Assembly (NCBI GenBank): GCA_045226015.1
Contig: JBGVBY010000021.1
Span: forward strand, 17,485 to 81,484
Direction: 5' to 3'
From: Bacilli bacterium
GTDB lineage: Bacteria; Bacillota_I; Bacilli_A; RFN20; CAG-826
DNA length: 64,000 nucleotides
A program made the translations under genes and the position numbers. Under the pieces are notes generated by a model that was not told the DNA's origin, searched no databases, and saw only the letters and a list, made by a program, of their open reading frames with translations. Below, one piece after another: positions 9,682 to 19,916 of this stretch; the stretch's first letter is position 1; the number at the start of each line of letters is the position of its first letter.

Positions 9682-10080
9682 ATGGCAAAGAAAGAAACAA
9701 AAAAGAACAATTCTAAACAAGCTCGTTTTGAAGATCGTGAAGACCTCAGAAAGTTATACCTTTACACGATTATTGTTCCTCGTGGACACGGCGATAACAT
9801 CATCCGTATCTTAAAAACGAATAAGAGCAGCGCTCAATTCTTTCAAATGGGAGAAGGCACTGCCAGTAGTAAAATCAGAGAACTTTTAGACATTGAAGAT
9901 ACAAAGAAAGATATCGTTTATTCTGTTGTCAGTGGTGAAGCAGTCAAATATATCAAAAAAGAATTAGATGCTTATTTCTTAGCGAGTAGAAGAAATAGAG
10001 GTATTGCATATACCATTCCATTAACCGCTTTAGTGGGGGTTAAAATGTACAAATTCTTCACTCAAACAGTTAGGGGGTAA
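9682..10080 (+). CDS. PII-like (GlnB-superfamily) signalling protein, divergent, with basic N-terminal extension
   Basis: 132 aa. Core ~100 aa has a ferredoxin-like PII pattern (YTIIVPRGHGDNIIRIL...GIAYTIPLTALVG). Translationally coupled to the next gene. Confidence 0.45.
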   Translation: MAKKETKKNNSKQARFEDREDLRKLYLYTIIVPRGHGDNIIRILKTNKSSAQFFQMGEGTASSKIRELLDIEDTKKDIVYSVVSGEAVKYIKKELDAYFLASRRNRGIAYTIPLTALVGVKMYKFFTQTVRG

Positions 10081-10082
10081 TT

Positions 10083-10406
10083 ATGGCAGAAAAGAATATG
10101 AATCACGAAGTGATCGTGGTAATCGTTAACGAAGGCCATTCAGACAAAGTAATGGACGCTGCTAGAGAAGCAGGAGCAAGAGGTGGTACTATCATCCACG
10201 CTCGTGGAAGTGGTACAAAAGACATCGAGAAAAAATATGGGGTTGTGATTACTCCTCAAAAAGAAATGCTCTATATTTTAGTGAATGAAAAAATAAGAGA
10301 TGCAGTCATTTCTTCTATCAATAAATCAGTCGGTCTAGAGACTCCAGGACAAGGTATTGTTTTCTCTTTACCAGTGAGCAATATCTCTGGTTTAAAATTA
10401 GATTAA
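10083..10406 (+). CDS. PII-like (nitrogen-regulatory P-II family) protein
   Basis: 107 aa. EVIVVIVNEGHSDKVMDAAREAGARGGTIIHARGSG...GQGIVFSLPVSNISGLK follows the PII fold pattern (beta-alpha-beta with a T-loop region). Confidence 0.55.
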   Translation: MAEKNMNHEVIVVIVNEGHSDKVMDAAREAGARGGTIIHARGSGTKDIEKKYGVVITPQKEMLYILVNEKIRDAVISSINKSVGLETPGQGIVFSLPVSNISGLKLD

Positions 10407-10479
10407 ATAGGTTATTTATTACATTCGTTAAAAATACGAATATAATTAATAGTATAAAAATCCAAGGGGGATAATAATT

Positions 10480-10833
10480 ATGCCAGCAAAGAAACCAGTT
10501 AAGGCTAAACCAGCTCCAGCAAAGAAAGCTGCGGTTAAAAAAGCTGTCCCAGCAAAGAAACCAGCAGTTAAGAAAGCTGAACCTGCAAAGAAAGCTCCAG
10601 CAAAGAAACCTGCCAAAAAAGAAGAAGTTAGCTTCCGTACTTATCACTTAGCAAAAAGAGAAGATGGCAAATGGGCAGTTAAATACGCTGGAGGAGAAAA
10701 GGCTATCAAATTATTCGATACTCAAAAAGAGGCATTAGAATATTCTAAGAAGATGGCTAAAAACCAAGACGGCTCCGTTTTAGTTCATAACTCAAAAGGC
10801 GCGAACAAAGGCAGAATTGCTAAAAAGAGATAA
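10480..10833 (+). CDS. DUF2188 domain protein with histone-H1-like Lys/Ala/Pro-rich N-terminal repeat tail
   Basis: N-terminus: repeated PAKK/AVKKA units (PAKKPVKAKPAPAKKAAVKKAVPAKKPAVKKAEPAKKAPAKKPAKK), encoded by a tandem CCAGCAAAGAAA DNA repeat. C-terminus FRTYHLAKREDGKWAVKYAGGEKAIKLFDTQKEALEYSKKMAKNQDGSVLVH matches DUF2188. Confidence 0.7.
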   Translation: MPAKKPVKAKPAPAKKAAVKKAVPAKKPAVKKAEPAKKAPAKKPAKKEEVSFRTYHLAKREDGKWAVKYAGGEKAIKLFDTQKEALEYSKKMAKNQDGSVLVHNSKGANKGRIAKKR

Positions 10834-10849
10834 TCTCTTATACAGAAAA

Positions 10850-10884
10850 GAAAAAAGCGTTGGAATCAAAATCCAGCGCTTTTC
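10850..10884. terminator. Bidirectional rho-independent terminator between the DUF2188 gene (+) and typA (-)
   Basis: AAAAAAGCGTTGGAatcaaaaTCCAGCGCTTTT: 9-bp stem with one G-U pair, A-run upstream and T-run downstream. Confidence 0.7.
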
Positions 10885-10900
10885 TTATATGATAAATGAG

Positions 10901-12733
10901 TTATTCTGCTTCTTGTGCTCTTTTAACATGAGCCTCGTATTTCTTTCTTTCGGCAGTATTTAAGATCTTCTTTCTCATACGATATGTAGTAGGAGTAATC
11001 TCCACTAACTCGTCAGCGTTAATATAGTCAAGACACGCTTCTAAGGACATCTTACGTGGTGATTTAAGAACAACAGTGGTGTCTTTATTTGATGAACGAA
11101 CGTTGGTTAAGTTCTTCTTTTGAGTAACGTTAACCGCAAGATCAAAATCATAACGATGTTCACCAACAATCATACCTTCATACACTTCAGTACCTGGAAG
11201 AATAAACATGGTTCCGCGTTCTTCAGTGTGTTCAATCGCATAAGGTGTAGCTTGTCCTGCCTCAACAGACACAAGAACTCCAATATTTCTTTCTCCAATA
11301 GAAGAGGCGGTGATAGGACGATATTCTTTATACGTGTGAGATAAAATGCCATAACCCTTAGTTAAAGTCATGAAATTAGTCATATATCCTAATAAACCTC
11401 TACTAGGAATAACATAGTTAAGAATAGTGACTGTTTCTTTAGCGTCCATATTGATGAGTTCACCATTACGTTCTCCAATTGTGGTCATAATGTCACCCAC
11501 AAATTCATTAGGAACATCAATTAATAAATCTTCGTATGGTTCGCATTTAACTCCATCAATCTCTTTAATAATAACTTGAGGTTTACTAACTTCGAGTTCA
11601 AAGCCTTCTCTTCTCATGTTTTCAATTAAAATTGAAAGATGTAACTCACCTCTACCAGAAACAATCCAGCTTTCAGTGTTAATAATACGTTCAACCTTTA
11701 AAGCAACATCTTTTTGAGTTTCTCTAAACAATCTTTCTTCTATTTTTCTAGCAGTTAAAAGTTTTCCATCTCTTCCACTTAATGGAGAAGAGCTTGTTCC
11801 GAAAGTCATTTGCAAGGTTGGCTCATCTAATCTAATTAGTGGAAGAGGATCAACATGACCAAATTGACAGATAGTTTCTCCAACATTAATATCCGCTAAT
11901 CCAGCTACCGCAACGATATCACCAGCATGAGCCTCGTTAATTTCTAGTCTCTTTAATCCTTGGAAACCAAATAATTTAAGCACTCTAAAGTTACTAACTT
12001 CGCCATTTAAGCGCGATACCGACACGTTATCGTTAACTTTGATGGTTCCTCTTTTAATCGTTCCAATACCAATCCTTCCAACGAAATCGTTGTAATCAAG
12101 TAAGGCAACTTGGAGTTGTAATGGAGAATCTTTATCCATACTTGGAGCTGGGATTTGATCTATGATGGTTTGTAAAACTGCATCCATTCCTTCTACTTGA
12201 GAAGCAGGATCACTTGAATATGATGATGTTCCTTTTAACGCAGAAGTAAATACGGTTTTGAAATCTAAGAATTCATCTGGAGCACCTAATTCAATAAACA
12301 AAGTAAGTACTTCGTCTAAAGTTTTCTCCACATCAATATTTGCTCTATCAACTTTATTGATAACAACAATTGGCTTAACATGAGCTTCTAACGCTTTCTT
12401 TAAAACGAATCTAGTTTGAGGCATTGTGCCTTCAAAAGCATCAACAAGTAATAAACAACCATCCACCATGTTCATAATACGTTCGACTTCTCCTCCAAAG
12501 TCAGCGTGACCTGGAGTGTCTAAAATATTGATCTTAGTGTCTTTATAAATGATGGAAGTAGTTTTTGCTAAGATAGTAATTCCTCTTTCACGTTCAATGT
12601 CATTTGAATCCATCGCACGATCAGATAATTCTTCATTAGCCCTAAATGTAGCAGATGATTTAAGAAGTTGGTCAACAAGTGTAGTCTTGCCGTGATCAAC
12701 GTGAGCGATAATTGCAATATTTCTTACATCCAT
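10901..12733 (-). CDS. typA: Translational GTPase TypA/BipA
   Basis: 610 aa. IRNIAIIAHVDHGKTTLVD G-domain. Overall EF-G-like architecture and BipA C-terminal domain. Confidence 0.95.
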   Translation of the reverse strand: MDVRNIAIIAHVDHGKTTLVDQLLKSSATFRANEELSDRAMDSNDIERERGITILAKTTSIIYKDTKINILDTPGHADFGGEVERIMNMVDGCLLLVDAFEGTMPQTRFVLKKALEAHVKPIVVINKVDRANIDVEKTLDEVLTLFIELGAPDEFLDFKTVFTSALKGTSSYSSDPASQVEGMDAVLQTIIDQIPAPSMDKDSPLQLQVALLDYNDFVGRIGIGTIKRGTIKVNDNVSVSRLNGEVSNFRVLKLFGFQGLKRLEINEAHAGDIVAVAGLADINVGETICQFGHVDPLPLIRLDEPTLQMTFGTSSSPLSGRDGKLLTARKIEERLFRETQKDVALKVERIINTESWIVSGRGELHLSILIENMRREGFELEVSKPQVIIKEIDGVKCEPYEDLLIDVPNEFVGDIMTTIGERNGELINMDAKETVTILNYVIPSRGLLGYMTNFMTLTKGYGILSHTYKEYRPITASSIGERNIGVLVSVEAGQATPYAIEHTEERGTMFILPGTEVYEGMIVGEHRYDFDLAVNVTQKKNLTNVRSSNKDTTVVLKSPRKMSLEACLDYINADELVEITPTTYRMRKKILNTAERKKYEAHVKRAQEAE

Positions 12734-12803
12734 ATTCTGCCCTCCTAATAAAAAATCTTTTCTAGTATAAGAAAAGACAAAGTATTATTTCAAGAGAAAT
12801 ATA

Positions 12804-13643
12804 TTATTTAAATAAATCTTTAATGTGATTCTTGCGAATTTTATATACGTCAGACGCTATTTCAATCGCATCTTTTTTACTGACACCTTTATTTATAAAG
12901 TATTGAACTTTATCAATTATTTCTTGGTCATTATATTCTTCGTTTGATTCATTGCCATTAACCACAATAACCATCTCGCCCTTTAAGGAATCTAAATCCA
13001 TAGCCACTAATTCCTTAAGAGTGCCATATATCTTTTCTTCGTTGAGTTTAGTTAATTCTCTCTGGAGAGAAACTTTTCTGTCACCAAGAACTTCATATAG
13101 CAACATCATAGTGGTTTTTATACGATGTGGACTCTCATAGAACACTAAGGTTTCTTGTTTGGATTTCAAAGATAAAAGTTCTTCTTTTGCTTCATTAGGT
13201 TTAGCAGAAAGAAATCCATGGAAATAAAAATGAGCTGTATCTAATCCTGAACTAGTAAGCGCATTTATAAAAGCACATCCGCCTGAAATAACAGACACTG
13301 CTATATCGTTTTCAATACATTTTTTACATAAAATGTAACCAGGGTCAGAAATACCAGGATATCCAGCGTCACTCATATATGCAACTTTTTTACCAGCAAG
13401 AACTTGTTCAACAATCTTATTAGACGCTTCAACTTCATTGTGTTCTCTAAGGGAAAATAATGGTTTTGATAAATTGAATTTTCTTAGAAGATCACCTGTA
13501 TTTCTGGTGTCTTCAGCGGCCACTAAATCAACTCCACGAATTGTTTCAATAGCACGTTCAGAAAATTCTCCTAAATTGCCAATAGGAGTAGCAATTAAAT
13601 ATAGAACTTTATGTGAATCATCAAATGATTTAATTATTTTCAT
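12804..13643 (-). CDS. rsmI: 16S rRNA (cytidine1402-2'-O)-methyltransferase RsmI
   Basis: LYLIATPIGNLGEFSERAIETIRGVDLVAAEDTRNTGDLL tetrapyrrole-methylase-like motifs. Start is uncertain: 13643 (MKIIKSF) or the track start 13697. Conserved position after ricT. Confidence 0.85.
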   Translation of the reverse strand: MKIIKSFDDSHKVLYLIATPIGNLGEFSERAIETIRGVDLVAAEDTRNTGDLLRKFNLSKPLFSLREHNEVEASNKIVEQVLAGKKVAYMSDAGYPGISDPGYILCKKCIENDIAVSVISGGCAFINALTSSGLDTAHFYFHGFLSAKPNEAKEELLSLKSKQETLVFYESPHRIKTTMMLLYEVLGDRKVSLQRELTKLNEEKIYGTLKELVAMDLDSLKGEMVIVVNGNESNEEYNDQEIIDKVQYFINKGVSKKDAIEIASDVYKIRKNHIKDLFK

Positions 13644-14502
13644 CGTTTTCAGGTTTATTAGGTCTTGGTCTAAAACCAGTTTGTTTTTTAAATTCATCTA
13701 AAGGTAAGAATTTAGAATCTTCTTCATTATCAACCTTCACCATCCTTGAAACAACATTTATTGTTGTAACGGTGTATTCAACTTTATCAATAAAGACTTT
13801 AAACCCAACTGGTGGGAATTCTTTCTTAAGTTCACTATAAGCATCGTCTTCATATTTTAAGCAGCATAATAGCTTTCCACAGTGGCCAGATAACTTAGGA
13901 ACATTAATTGCGAGCATTTGGTTTTTAGCACGGTTGATTGAAATTCCATCAAACTCATTTAAGAAACTAGCACAGCATAAAGGTAATCCGCACATTCCAA
14001 TGCCTCCAACCATTTTAGCCTTGTCTCTACTACCAACTTGGCGGAGTTCAATACGAGTGTGGAATCTACTAGCGAGCACCTTTAAAAGCTCGCGGAAATC
14101 AACACGATCATCGGCAACATATGAGAAGATAACTTTGCTCTTATCTAGTGTGTATTCACATGAAATGAGATTCATATCAATACCTAGACGTTTTACCTCG
14201 TTTTTACAAATTTCAAGGGCATTTTGCGCATCTTTTAGGTTAGTTTCATGTAATTTTTCATCAATATCTGTGGCTTTTCTTAAGATTGGCTTTAAGTTCA
14301 ATCGAGAACGATATTCACTCATTGGCATTGGGTCAATCCAGATGGTTCCAAACTCAGGTCCATGCATTGTTTCAACAACAACTTTGTCTCCCTTTTTGAG
14401 CTCTAAATCCTTGTTTCCAAAAAAGTACGCATGGTTAGAATAATGGAATTTAACACCAGCGAAATTGGTATATCTTTCATTTACATTTATTTCGTTTTCC
14501 AT
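13630..14502 (-). CDS. ricT: PSP1-domain protein RicT/YaaT
   Basis: PSP1 C-terminal domain with Cys-rich cluster (GGIGMCGLPLCCASFL...CGKLLCCLKYE). Lies downstream of holB as in B. subtilis. Confidence 0.85.
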   Translation of the reverse strand: MENEINVNERYTNFAGVKFHYSNHAYFFGNKDLELKKGDKVVVETMHGPEFGTIWIDPMPMSEYRSRLNLKPILRKATDIDEKLHETNLKDAQNALEICKNEVKRLGIDMNLISCEYTLDKSKVIFSYVADDRVDFRELLKVLASRFHTRIELRQVGSRDKAKMVGGIGMCGLPLCCASFLNEFDGISINRAKNQMLAINVPKLSGHCGKLLCCLKYEDDAYSELKKEFPPVGFKVFIDKVEYTVTTINVVSRMVKVDNEEDSKFLPLDEFKKQTGFRPRPNKPENDENN

Positions 14503-14507
14503 AACAT

Positions 14508-15500
14508 TTATTCCTTCATAATTTTGATAATTAAGTGGTCAATCATTAGTGGGACACTTACGTTTAGACTAGCGATGTTTCTTAACTTTAATATTTCCAT
14601 AAGAGAATTCTCAATATGGGGAAGTTTGTCCACTAAAGTAGACAATATTGTACCATAACTTTTTAAACTTATATCTCTATTAGATTTTAAGTTGAGGAGA
14701 TCTTCAAACACTTCAGTTAATAAATCAACAAAATATCTAAACTCTTCTTTAGTCTTTAGAATAGGGGTAATTTCTTTCTGAGTGTAATAAATTACATCCT
14801 TATAATTGCCACCCTCCATTTGATCTAATAAACCTAATAGCGCTTTTTTCGCTACTTCATAGTCTTCTTTTTCTTCGCTCTTTTCTAATAAGTCAGTAAT
14901 GAGTTCAGCGTCGTTATAGAAATATGACAACAATTCAGCGTCTTCTTTATTCACTAGTAGTGAAATCGCATCATTAATCACTTTTTCTCTTGGCACACTT
15001 CTTAAAGAAAGGGTTTGGCACCTACTAACAATGGTAGGTAATACATTATTCACATTATTAGTGGTCAAAAAAGCATAGACCGGACTATCTGGTTCTTCTA
15101 AGAATTTTAACAACGAATTAACTGCTTCAACAGTCATGTTTTCAACTAGGTTAATGATATAAATCATTACTCCCTTAGTTTCAAAAGCAGTTTTTTCAAA
15201 TCTATTTTCAATATTTAAAACATCTTCTTTTTTAATAGTGCCTTGGCTACCATCAAGTTTGATGATGTCTGGGTAGTTATCACTATCAATGCGTAAACAT
15301 GTTATGCAGTTATCACACGCTAGTGGGCTAGGATCATCACATAATAAAGACTTTGCTAAGTATTGAGCAACTTCATAAATAGGGGTTCCTGGATTTCCCA
15401 CGATTAAATAAGCATGAGAAACGGTATTGTTCTTAAGCGAATTGAGAAATGTTTGGTATACAACTTTTTGATTATCTTTTAAGTATTTCCCTATTTGCAT
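14508..15500 (-). CDS. holB: DNA polymerase III delta' subunit
   Basis: [27 protein letters not shown]...[10 protein letters not shown] (zinc module). tmk-holB synteny. Confidence 0.85.
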   Translation of the reverse strand: MQIGKYLKDNQKVVYQTFLNSLKNNTVSHAYLIVGNPGTPIYEVAQYLAKSLLCDDPSPLACDNCITCLRIDSDNYPDIIKLDGSQGTIKKEDVLNIENRFEKTAFETKGVMIYIINLVENMTVEAVNSLLKFLEEPDSPVYAFLTTNNVNNVLPTIVSRCQTLSLRSVPREKVINDAISLLVNKEDAELLSYFYNDAELITDLLEKSEEKEDYEVAKKALLGLLDQMEGGNYKDVIYYTQKEITPILKTKEEFRYFVDLLTEVFEDLLNLKSNRDISLKSYGTILSTLVDKLPHIENSLMEILKLRNIASLNVSVPLMIDHLIIKIMKE

Positions 15501-16111
15501 AGTTTCTTTAATATTGCGTCTAAAGTGTCTTTAGCAACTTCTTCTCTGCTTCTAGAAGCATCAATAACAATGAATCTATCAGGATATCTTTTTGCTAAAG
15601 CTAAGAAAGTTTCTCTAACTTTGTTATGGAAGTCTAATTTCTCTAAATCAAGACGATTAACTTCTCTATTCGCGTTGCTACTAATTCTTTTTAATCCTTC
15701 TTCAGGTTTAATATCAAATAACAAAGTTAAATCAGGCCAAGTATTTTCTGTAGCAAACAAATTAATATTTAAAATATTATCAACACCTAATCCTCTAGCG
15801 CCTCCTTGATAGGCTAAAGAGGAATCTAAATAACGATCACAAATAACAATCTTGCCTTCTTTTAAAGCAGGCCAGACTTTTTCAACAAGATGTTGACGTC
15901 TACTTGCCGCATATAATAACGCCTCAGTACGTGGATCCATCATCGTATTCTTTTTATCAAGAATAACGTTTCTAATTTCTTCTGCGATAGGAGTGCCACC
16001 AGGTTCTCTAGTACGGACAATTTGATATCCTTTTGCTTCAAGTGCTTTAACAGCAGCTTCAACTGCAGTAGTTTTTCCTGAACCTTCAGGTCCTTCTAAA
16101 GTAATAAACAT
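15491..16111 (-). CDS. tmk: Thymidylate kinase
   Basis: [16 protein letters not shown]-loop and the DRY..S motif ([14 protein letters not shown]). Confidence 0.95.
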   Translation of the reverse strand: MFITLEGPEGSGKTTAVEAAVKALEAKGYQIVRTREPGGTPIAEEIRNVILDKKNTMMDPRTEALLYAASRRQHLVEKVWPALKEGKIVICDRYLDSSLAYQGGARGLGVDNILNINLFATENTWPDLTLLFDIKPEEGLKRISSNANREVNRLDLEKLDFHNKVRETFLALAKRYPDRFIVIDASRSREEVAKDTLDAILKKLCK

Positions 16112-16122
16112 GATGTATCCTC

Positions 16123-16719
16123 CTAAAAATTATGTCTTCCCTCAAGCGCTTTGGTTAATGTTAGAGGATCAACATAATCGAGATTTCCTCCAATTTGTAA
16201 ACCATACGCTAAGCGAGTGACATTAACGTTACTATTTTCGAGTAATTTATTGATATAAGCAGCAGTGGTTTCTCCATCAACTGTTGGGTTTGTGGCTAAA
16301 ATAATTTCTTTGAAATTACTTTCACTAATTCTCTTTAAAAGTGAATCGATATTAAGTTCTTCAACATTCATTCCTTTTGATAATGAAAGTTCGCCATTTA
16401 AGACGTGATATAAGCCCTTGTATGCACCACTTTTTTCAATAGACATCACATCTTTTGGATAACAGACAACCATTAACGTTGTTTCATCTCTATCTCTATC
16501 ATCACAAATGTAGCATCCATCAATATCAGTGATCATTCCACATGTTGGGCAGAAATGAATTTTATCTTTCAAGCTTGATATTGCATTAGCAATCTCTTCT
16601 AACTCTTCTTTAGAAAAATCTAAAAGAGAGAACGCCATACGTTCTGCGCTTTTCTTTCCAACTCCTGGGAGTTTGTAAAGATTCTCTATGAGATTATCTA
16701 AAGACTTAAGATTTTGCAT
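16123..16719 (-). CDS. recR: Recombination protein RecR
   Basis: Cys4 zinc finger [18 protein letters not shown] and Toprim domain. dnaX-ybaB-recR synteny. Confidence 0.95.
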   Translation of the reverse strand: MQNLKSLDNLIENLYKLPGVGKKSAERMAFSLLDFSKEELEEIANAISSLKDKIHFCPTCGMITDIDGCYICDDRDRDETTLMVVCYPKDVMSIEKSGAYKGLYHVLNGELSLSKGMNVEELNIDSLLKRISESNFKEIILATNPTVDGETTAAYINKLLENSNVNVTRLAYGLQIGGNLDYVDPLTLTKALEGRHNF

Positions 16720-16721
16720 GA

Positions 16722-17024
16722 TTAAAAGCCAAAGCCTCCGCTTCTTCCAGTGATTCTCTCACTGATTTCTTCGCTTTCTTCATCTATTTGAGCAAATAGT
16801 TCGTTAAGACCGCTGACGATTAACTCTTCAACCATCTCTTTGTTGTCTTTTTCATATCCATCTTCTTCGATGTTAATAGAAACAATTTCTTTGCTTCCTA
16901 AGACAACGATTTCCACTAAGCCAGCTTTATTCACTCTAAATTCTTTTTCCGCTAAAGTTTTTTGAGCTTTTTGAAGTTCACGTTGCATCTTTTGAGCTTG
17001 CATCATCATTTGTTGCATGTTCAT
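16722..17024 (-). CDS. ybaB: Nucleoid-associated protein YbaB/EbfC
   Basis: 100 aa. MNMQQMMMQAQKMQRELQKAQ...SGGFGF, typical YbaB. Confidence 0.9.
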   Translation of the reverse strand: MNMQQMMMQAQKMQRELQKAQKTLAEKEFRVNKAGLVEIVVLGSKEIVSINIEEDGYEKDNKEMVEELIVSGLNELFAQIDEESEEISERITGRSGGFGF

Positions 17025-17028
17025 AAAA

Positions 17029-18708
17029 TTATTCTCCTAAAAATTCAATAACGACATCTTTTGATTTTGGTAATTTACCAATTTGTAAAAGATTCATATA
17101 TAAACCTTGTAAATCGACTGATTTGTTTCTGCTTACTCCATACACAAACATCTTCTTATGGAAGATTTGTTCCATAATGGTTTGGAGTTCAACTTGAATA
17201 TCTTTTTGGTTAATCTTTTCTACTAACTTTGGCATTTCATAAGTAAGAATAACAATGTTATTAGATGCGACGAGTGGTCTACCATCTAATAGTAAAGTTG
17301 CGGCCTTACCTAAAGTTGGGTGAGTGGACAACTTTTTAATATTTTTCCATTCATCAATAAGTTGGCCTTTAATCTCTTTCTTAGAAAGGACCATGATTTT
17401 CACCATTAGGTCATCACTGATTTCAAAACCGTCTTCCCCTTCTGCATCCTTAGGGTAGATAACATTTTCCACTAGGCTGATGGATGATTCATATACCACA
17501 GGTTCTTCTTCTTTAACCTCAACTACAGGGGCTGGTTCAACCTTAATTGGTTCTTCTTTTAGCGGGGTTCTTATAGGTTTTTCAACTGGTTTGACGTTAA
17601 CTGTAGGTTCAGAAACAATCTCCTTCTTTCCGCTTTCTAAAGATGTTAATTTAATTAAACTAATCTCAAAAATAGGGTTGATAGAAGTAACGTTTTTGTA
17701 GTCTTTAATCGCGTTCATCAAAATATCAATCATTTGTAAGCATAGAGGATTTGGAATTAACTTATTAAGTTCAATAGCCTCATCTTCTTTTAACACTTCT
17801 AAATATTCCGCATTATAAGAAGAATTGAAAATAACTACATCCTTAAGGATAATAAGAAGATCTTCAGTTAATCTTTTGATATCTGTTCCTTTATTAACAT
17901 AGTTATTAAGTCTAGAAAGAACATCACTCATGTCATGATTAATCATGGAGTGAATCAATTTGATTTTTTCTTCCTTACTTTCAAGGGCAAAAATATCTAA
18001 AACATCTGATGCTACTAAGGTGTTACCACTATAAGCGAGAACTTTTTCTAAGATGGATAAAGCGTCTCTCATTCCTCCATCTGCAAGATTGACAATTAAT
18101 TCAATTGCTTCCTCGTTATATTCAACGTTCTCTTTAACAAGAATTTCTTTAAGTCTTTCTTTAATATCTTTCTCACTGACTTTGTCAAAGTCATATCTTT
18201 GGCATCTACTTAATATAGTAGGAAGAATCTTATGAGGTTCAGTTGTCGCTAAAATGAAAATAACATGTTCTGGTGGTTCTTCGAGAGTCTTAAGAAGAGC
18301 GTTAAACGCTCCAGTTGATAACATATGAACTTCATCGATGATGTAGATTTTATATCTACCAAGGATAGTGCCATATTTAACTTTATCAATAAGATCTCTG
18401 ATTTCATCAACACCATTATTACTAGCGGCGTCTAGTTCTAAAACATCTGGGTGATTACCTTCGGTAATAGCAACACAGTTTTTACATTCATTACATTGAC
18501 AACCAAGTCCGTGTTCACAGTTTAAAGCTTTGGCAAATAATTTTGCCATAGTGGTTTTGCCTGTTCCTCTAGGACCTGCAAATAAATATGCATGCGCTAT
18601 CTTTTTAGTAGCAATCGCGTTCTTTAAAGTTCTTACGATATGTTGTTGCCCAGCAACTTCTTCAAAAGTCTGTGGCCGATATGTTCTATATAATGCTTTA
18701 TATGCCAT
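17029..18708 (-). CDS. dnaX: DNA polymerase III subunits gamma/tau
   Basis: AYLFAGPRGTGKTT Walker A. Zinc module CEHGLGCQCNECKNC. AAA+ clamp-loader motifs. Confidence 0.95.
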   Translation of the reverse strand: MAYKALYRTYRPQTFEEVAGQQHIVRTLKNAIATKKIAHAYLFAGPRGTGKTTMAKLFAKALNCEHGLGCQCNECKNCVAITEGNHPDVLELDAASNNGVDEIRDLIDKVKYGTILGRYKIYIIDEVHMLSTGAFNALLKTLEEPPEHVIFILATTEPHKILPTILSRCQRYDFDKVSEKDIKERLKEILVKENVEYNEEAIELIVNLADGGMRDALSILEKVLAYSGNTLVASDVLDIFALESKEEKIKLIHSMINHDMSDVLSRLNNYVNKGTDIKRLTEDLLIILKDVVIFNSSYNAEYLEVLKEDEAIELNKLIPNPLCLQMIDILMNAIKDYKNVTSINPIFEISLIKLTSLESGKKEIVSEPTVNVKPVEKPIRTPLKEEPIKVEPAPVVEVKEEEPVVYESSISLVENVIYPKDAEGEDGFEISDDLMVKIMVLSKKEIKGQLIDEWKNIKKLSTHPTLGKAATLLLDGRPLVASNNIVILTYEMPKLVEKINQKDIQVELQTIMEQIFHKKMFVYGVSRNKSVDLQGLYMNLLQIGKLPKSKDVVIEFLGE

Positions 18709-18791
18709 AAATGTACCTAAGCAATAGTATACATTAGAGTTACTTTTCTTTGAAGAATTAATATTAATATTAACGAACTTTTCTTCACTCT

Positions 18792-18819
18792 TTGTAATAT
18801 CCTAATATTATGTTATAAT
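18792..18819 (+). promoter_or_regulatory. Sigma-A-type promoter for prfA operon (TTGTAA-16-TGtTATAAT, extended -10)
   Basis: Read directly: TTGTAA at 18792-18797 and TATAAT at 18814-18819 with an upstream TG. About 20 nt upstream of the prfA start. Confidence 0.55.
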
Positions 18820-18839
18820 CTACCGGGCAAGAGGTATTT

Positions 18840-19916
18840 ATGGAAGAGAGCATGTTTCAAAGGCTAGAAATAGCGAGGAAAAGATTAGAAGAAATTGACC
18901 AAGAATTACTTGATGAAAACACTATGAAAGACATCAAGCATTTTCGTGATATCTCTAAAGAACGTGCGGTTCTTGAACCTCAAGTCGAAACATTTAATCT
19001 TTATATAAAATCTGAAAACGAGCTAAAAGAAGCTATTGAAATGAGTAATGATTCTGATCCTGATTTATCAGAAATGGGAAAAGAAGAAGCAAAAAGATTA
19101 ACTAAGCTTCTTGAAGAATTAGAAGAAAAATTAAGAGAACTTCTATTACCAAAAGATCCTAACGATGATAAAAACATCATTGTTGAAATTAGAGGCGCCG
19201 CTGGCGGAGACGAAGCAAACATCTTTGCGGGTGATTTGTTTAGAATGTATACAAGATACGCTGAAAACCAGGGTTGGAAAATTCAAATGATGGATCAATA
19301 CCCATCAGAAGCCGGAGGTTTCTCTCAAGTATCATTCATGATTAAAGGAAAAATGGTATACTCCAAACTCAAGTTTGAAAGTGGTGCACATCGTGTTCAA
19401 AGAGTTCCTAAAACTGAAGCAAGTGGAAGAATTCACACAAGTACAGCAACAGTTTTAGTAATGCCAGAAGCAGAAGAAATTGATGTCGAAATCAATCCAA
19501 ATGATTTACAAGTTGATACATATCACTCCCAAGGCGCTGGTGGACAAAACGTTAATAAGACTGAATCCGCTGTAAGAATCACACACATTCCAACTGGAAT
19601 TGTTGTAGCGTGCCAAACTGAAAAATCTCAAATTCAAAATAGAGAAATTGCTATGCAAATGTTGAGAGCAAAGATGTATTCCACAATGCTTGAAAAGCAA
19701 CAAGAAGAAATCGGTAATGAAAGAAGACTAAAAATCGGTACTGGAGAAAGAAGCGAAAAGATTCGTACCTATAACTATCCACAAAATAGAGTTACTGACC
19801 ATAGAATTGGATTTACAATTCAACAATTAGATAGAGTAATGGAAGGGGAGCTCGACTCAATCATCGAGGCACTTGTCCATTATGATCAATCACAAAAAAT
19901 TGCAGGTGAGAATTAA
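18840..19916 (+). CDS. prfA: Peptide chain release factor 1
   Basis: GGQ motif ([38 protein letters not shown]). Start is 18840 or 18852. Confidence 0.95.
   Translation: MEESMFQRLEIARKRLEEIDQELLDENTMKDIKHFRDISKERAVLEPQVETFNLYIKSENELKEAIEMSNDSDPDLSEMGKEEAKRLTKLLEELEEKLRELLLPKDPNDDKNIIVEIRGAAGGDEANIFAGDLFRMYTRYAENQGWKIQMMDQYPSEAGGFSQVSFMIKGKMVYSKLKFESGAHRVQRVPKTEASGRIHTSTATVLVMPEAEEIDVEINPNDLQVDTYHSQGAGGQNVNKTESAVRITHIPTGIVVACQTEKSQIQNREIAMQMLRAKMYSTMLEKQQEEIGNERRLKIGTGERSEKIRTYNYPQNRVTDHRIGFTIQQLDRVMEGELDSIIEALVHYDQSQKIAGEN

Noticed and set aside
10318-10647. 109-aa minus-strand ORF rich in Phe/Leu/Cys
   Set aside because: Antisense of the Lys/Ala repeat (AAG/AAA/GCA codons) of the DUF2188 gene and the PII gene end.
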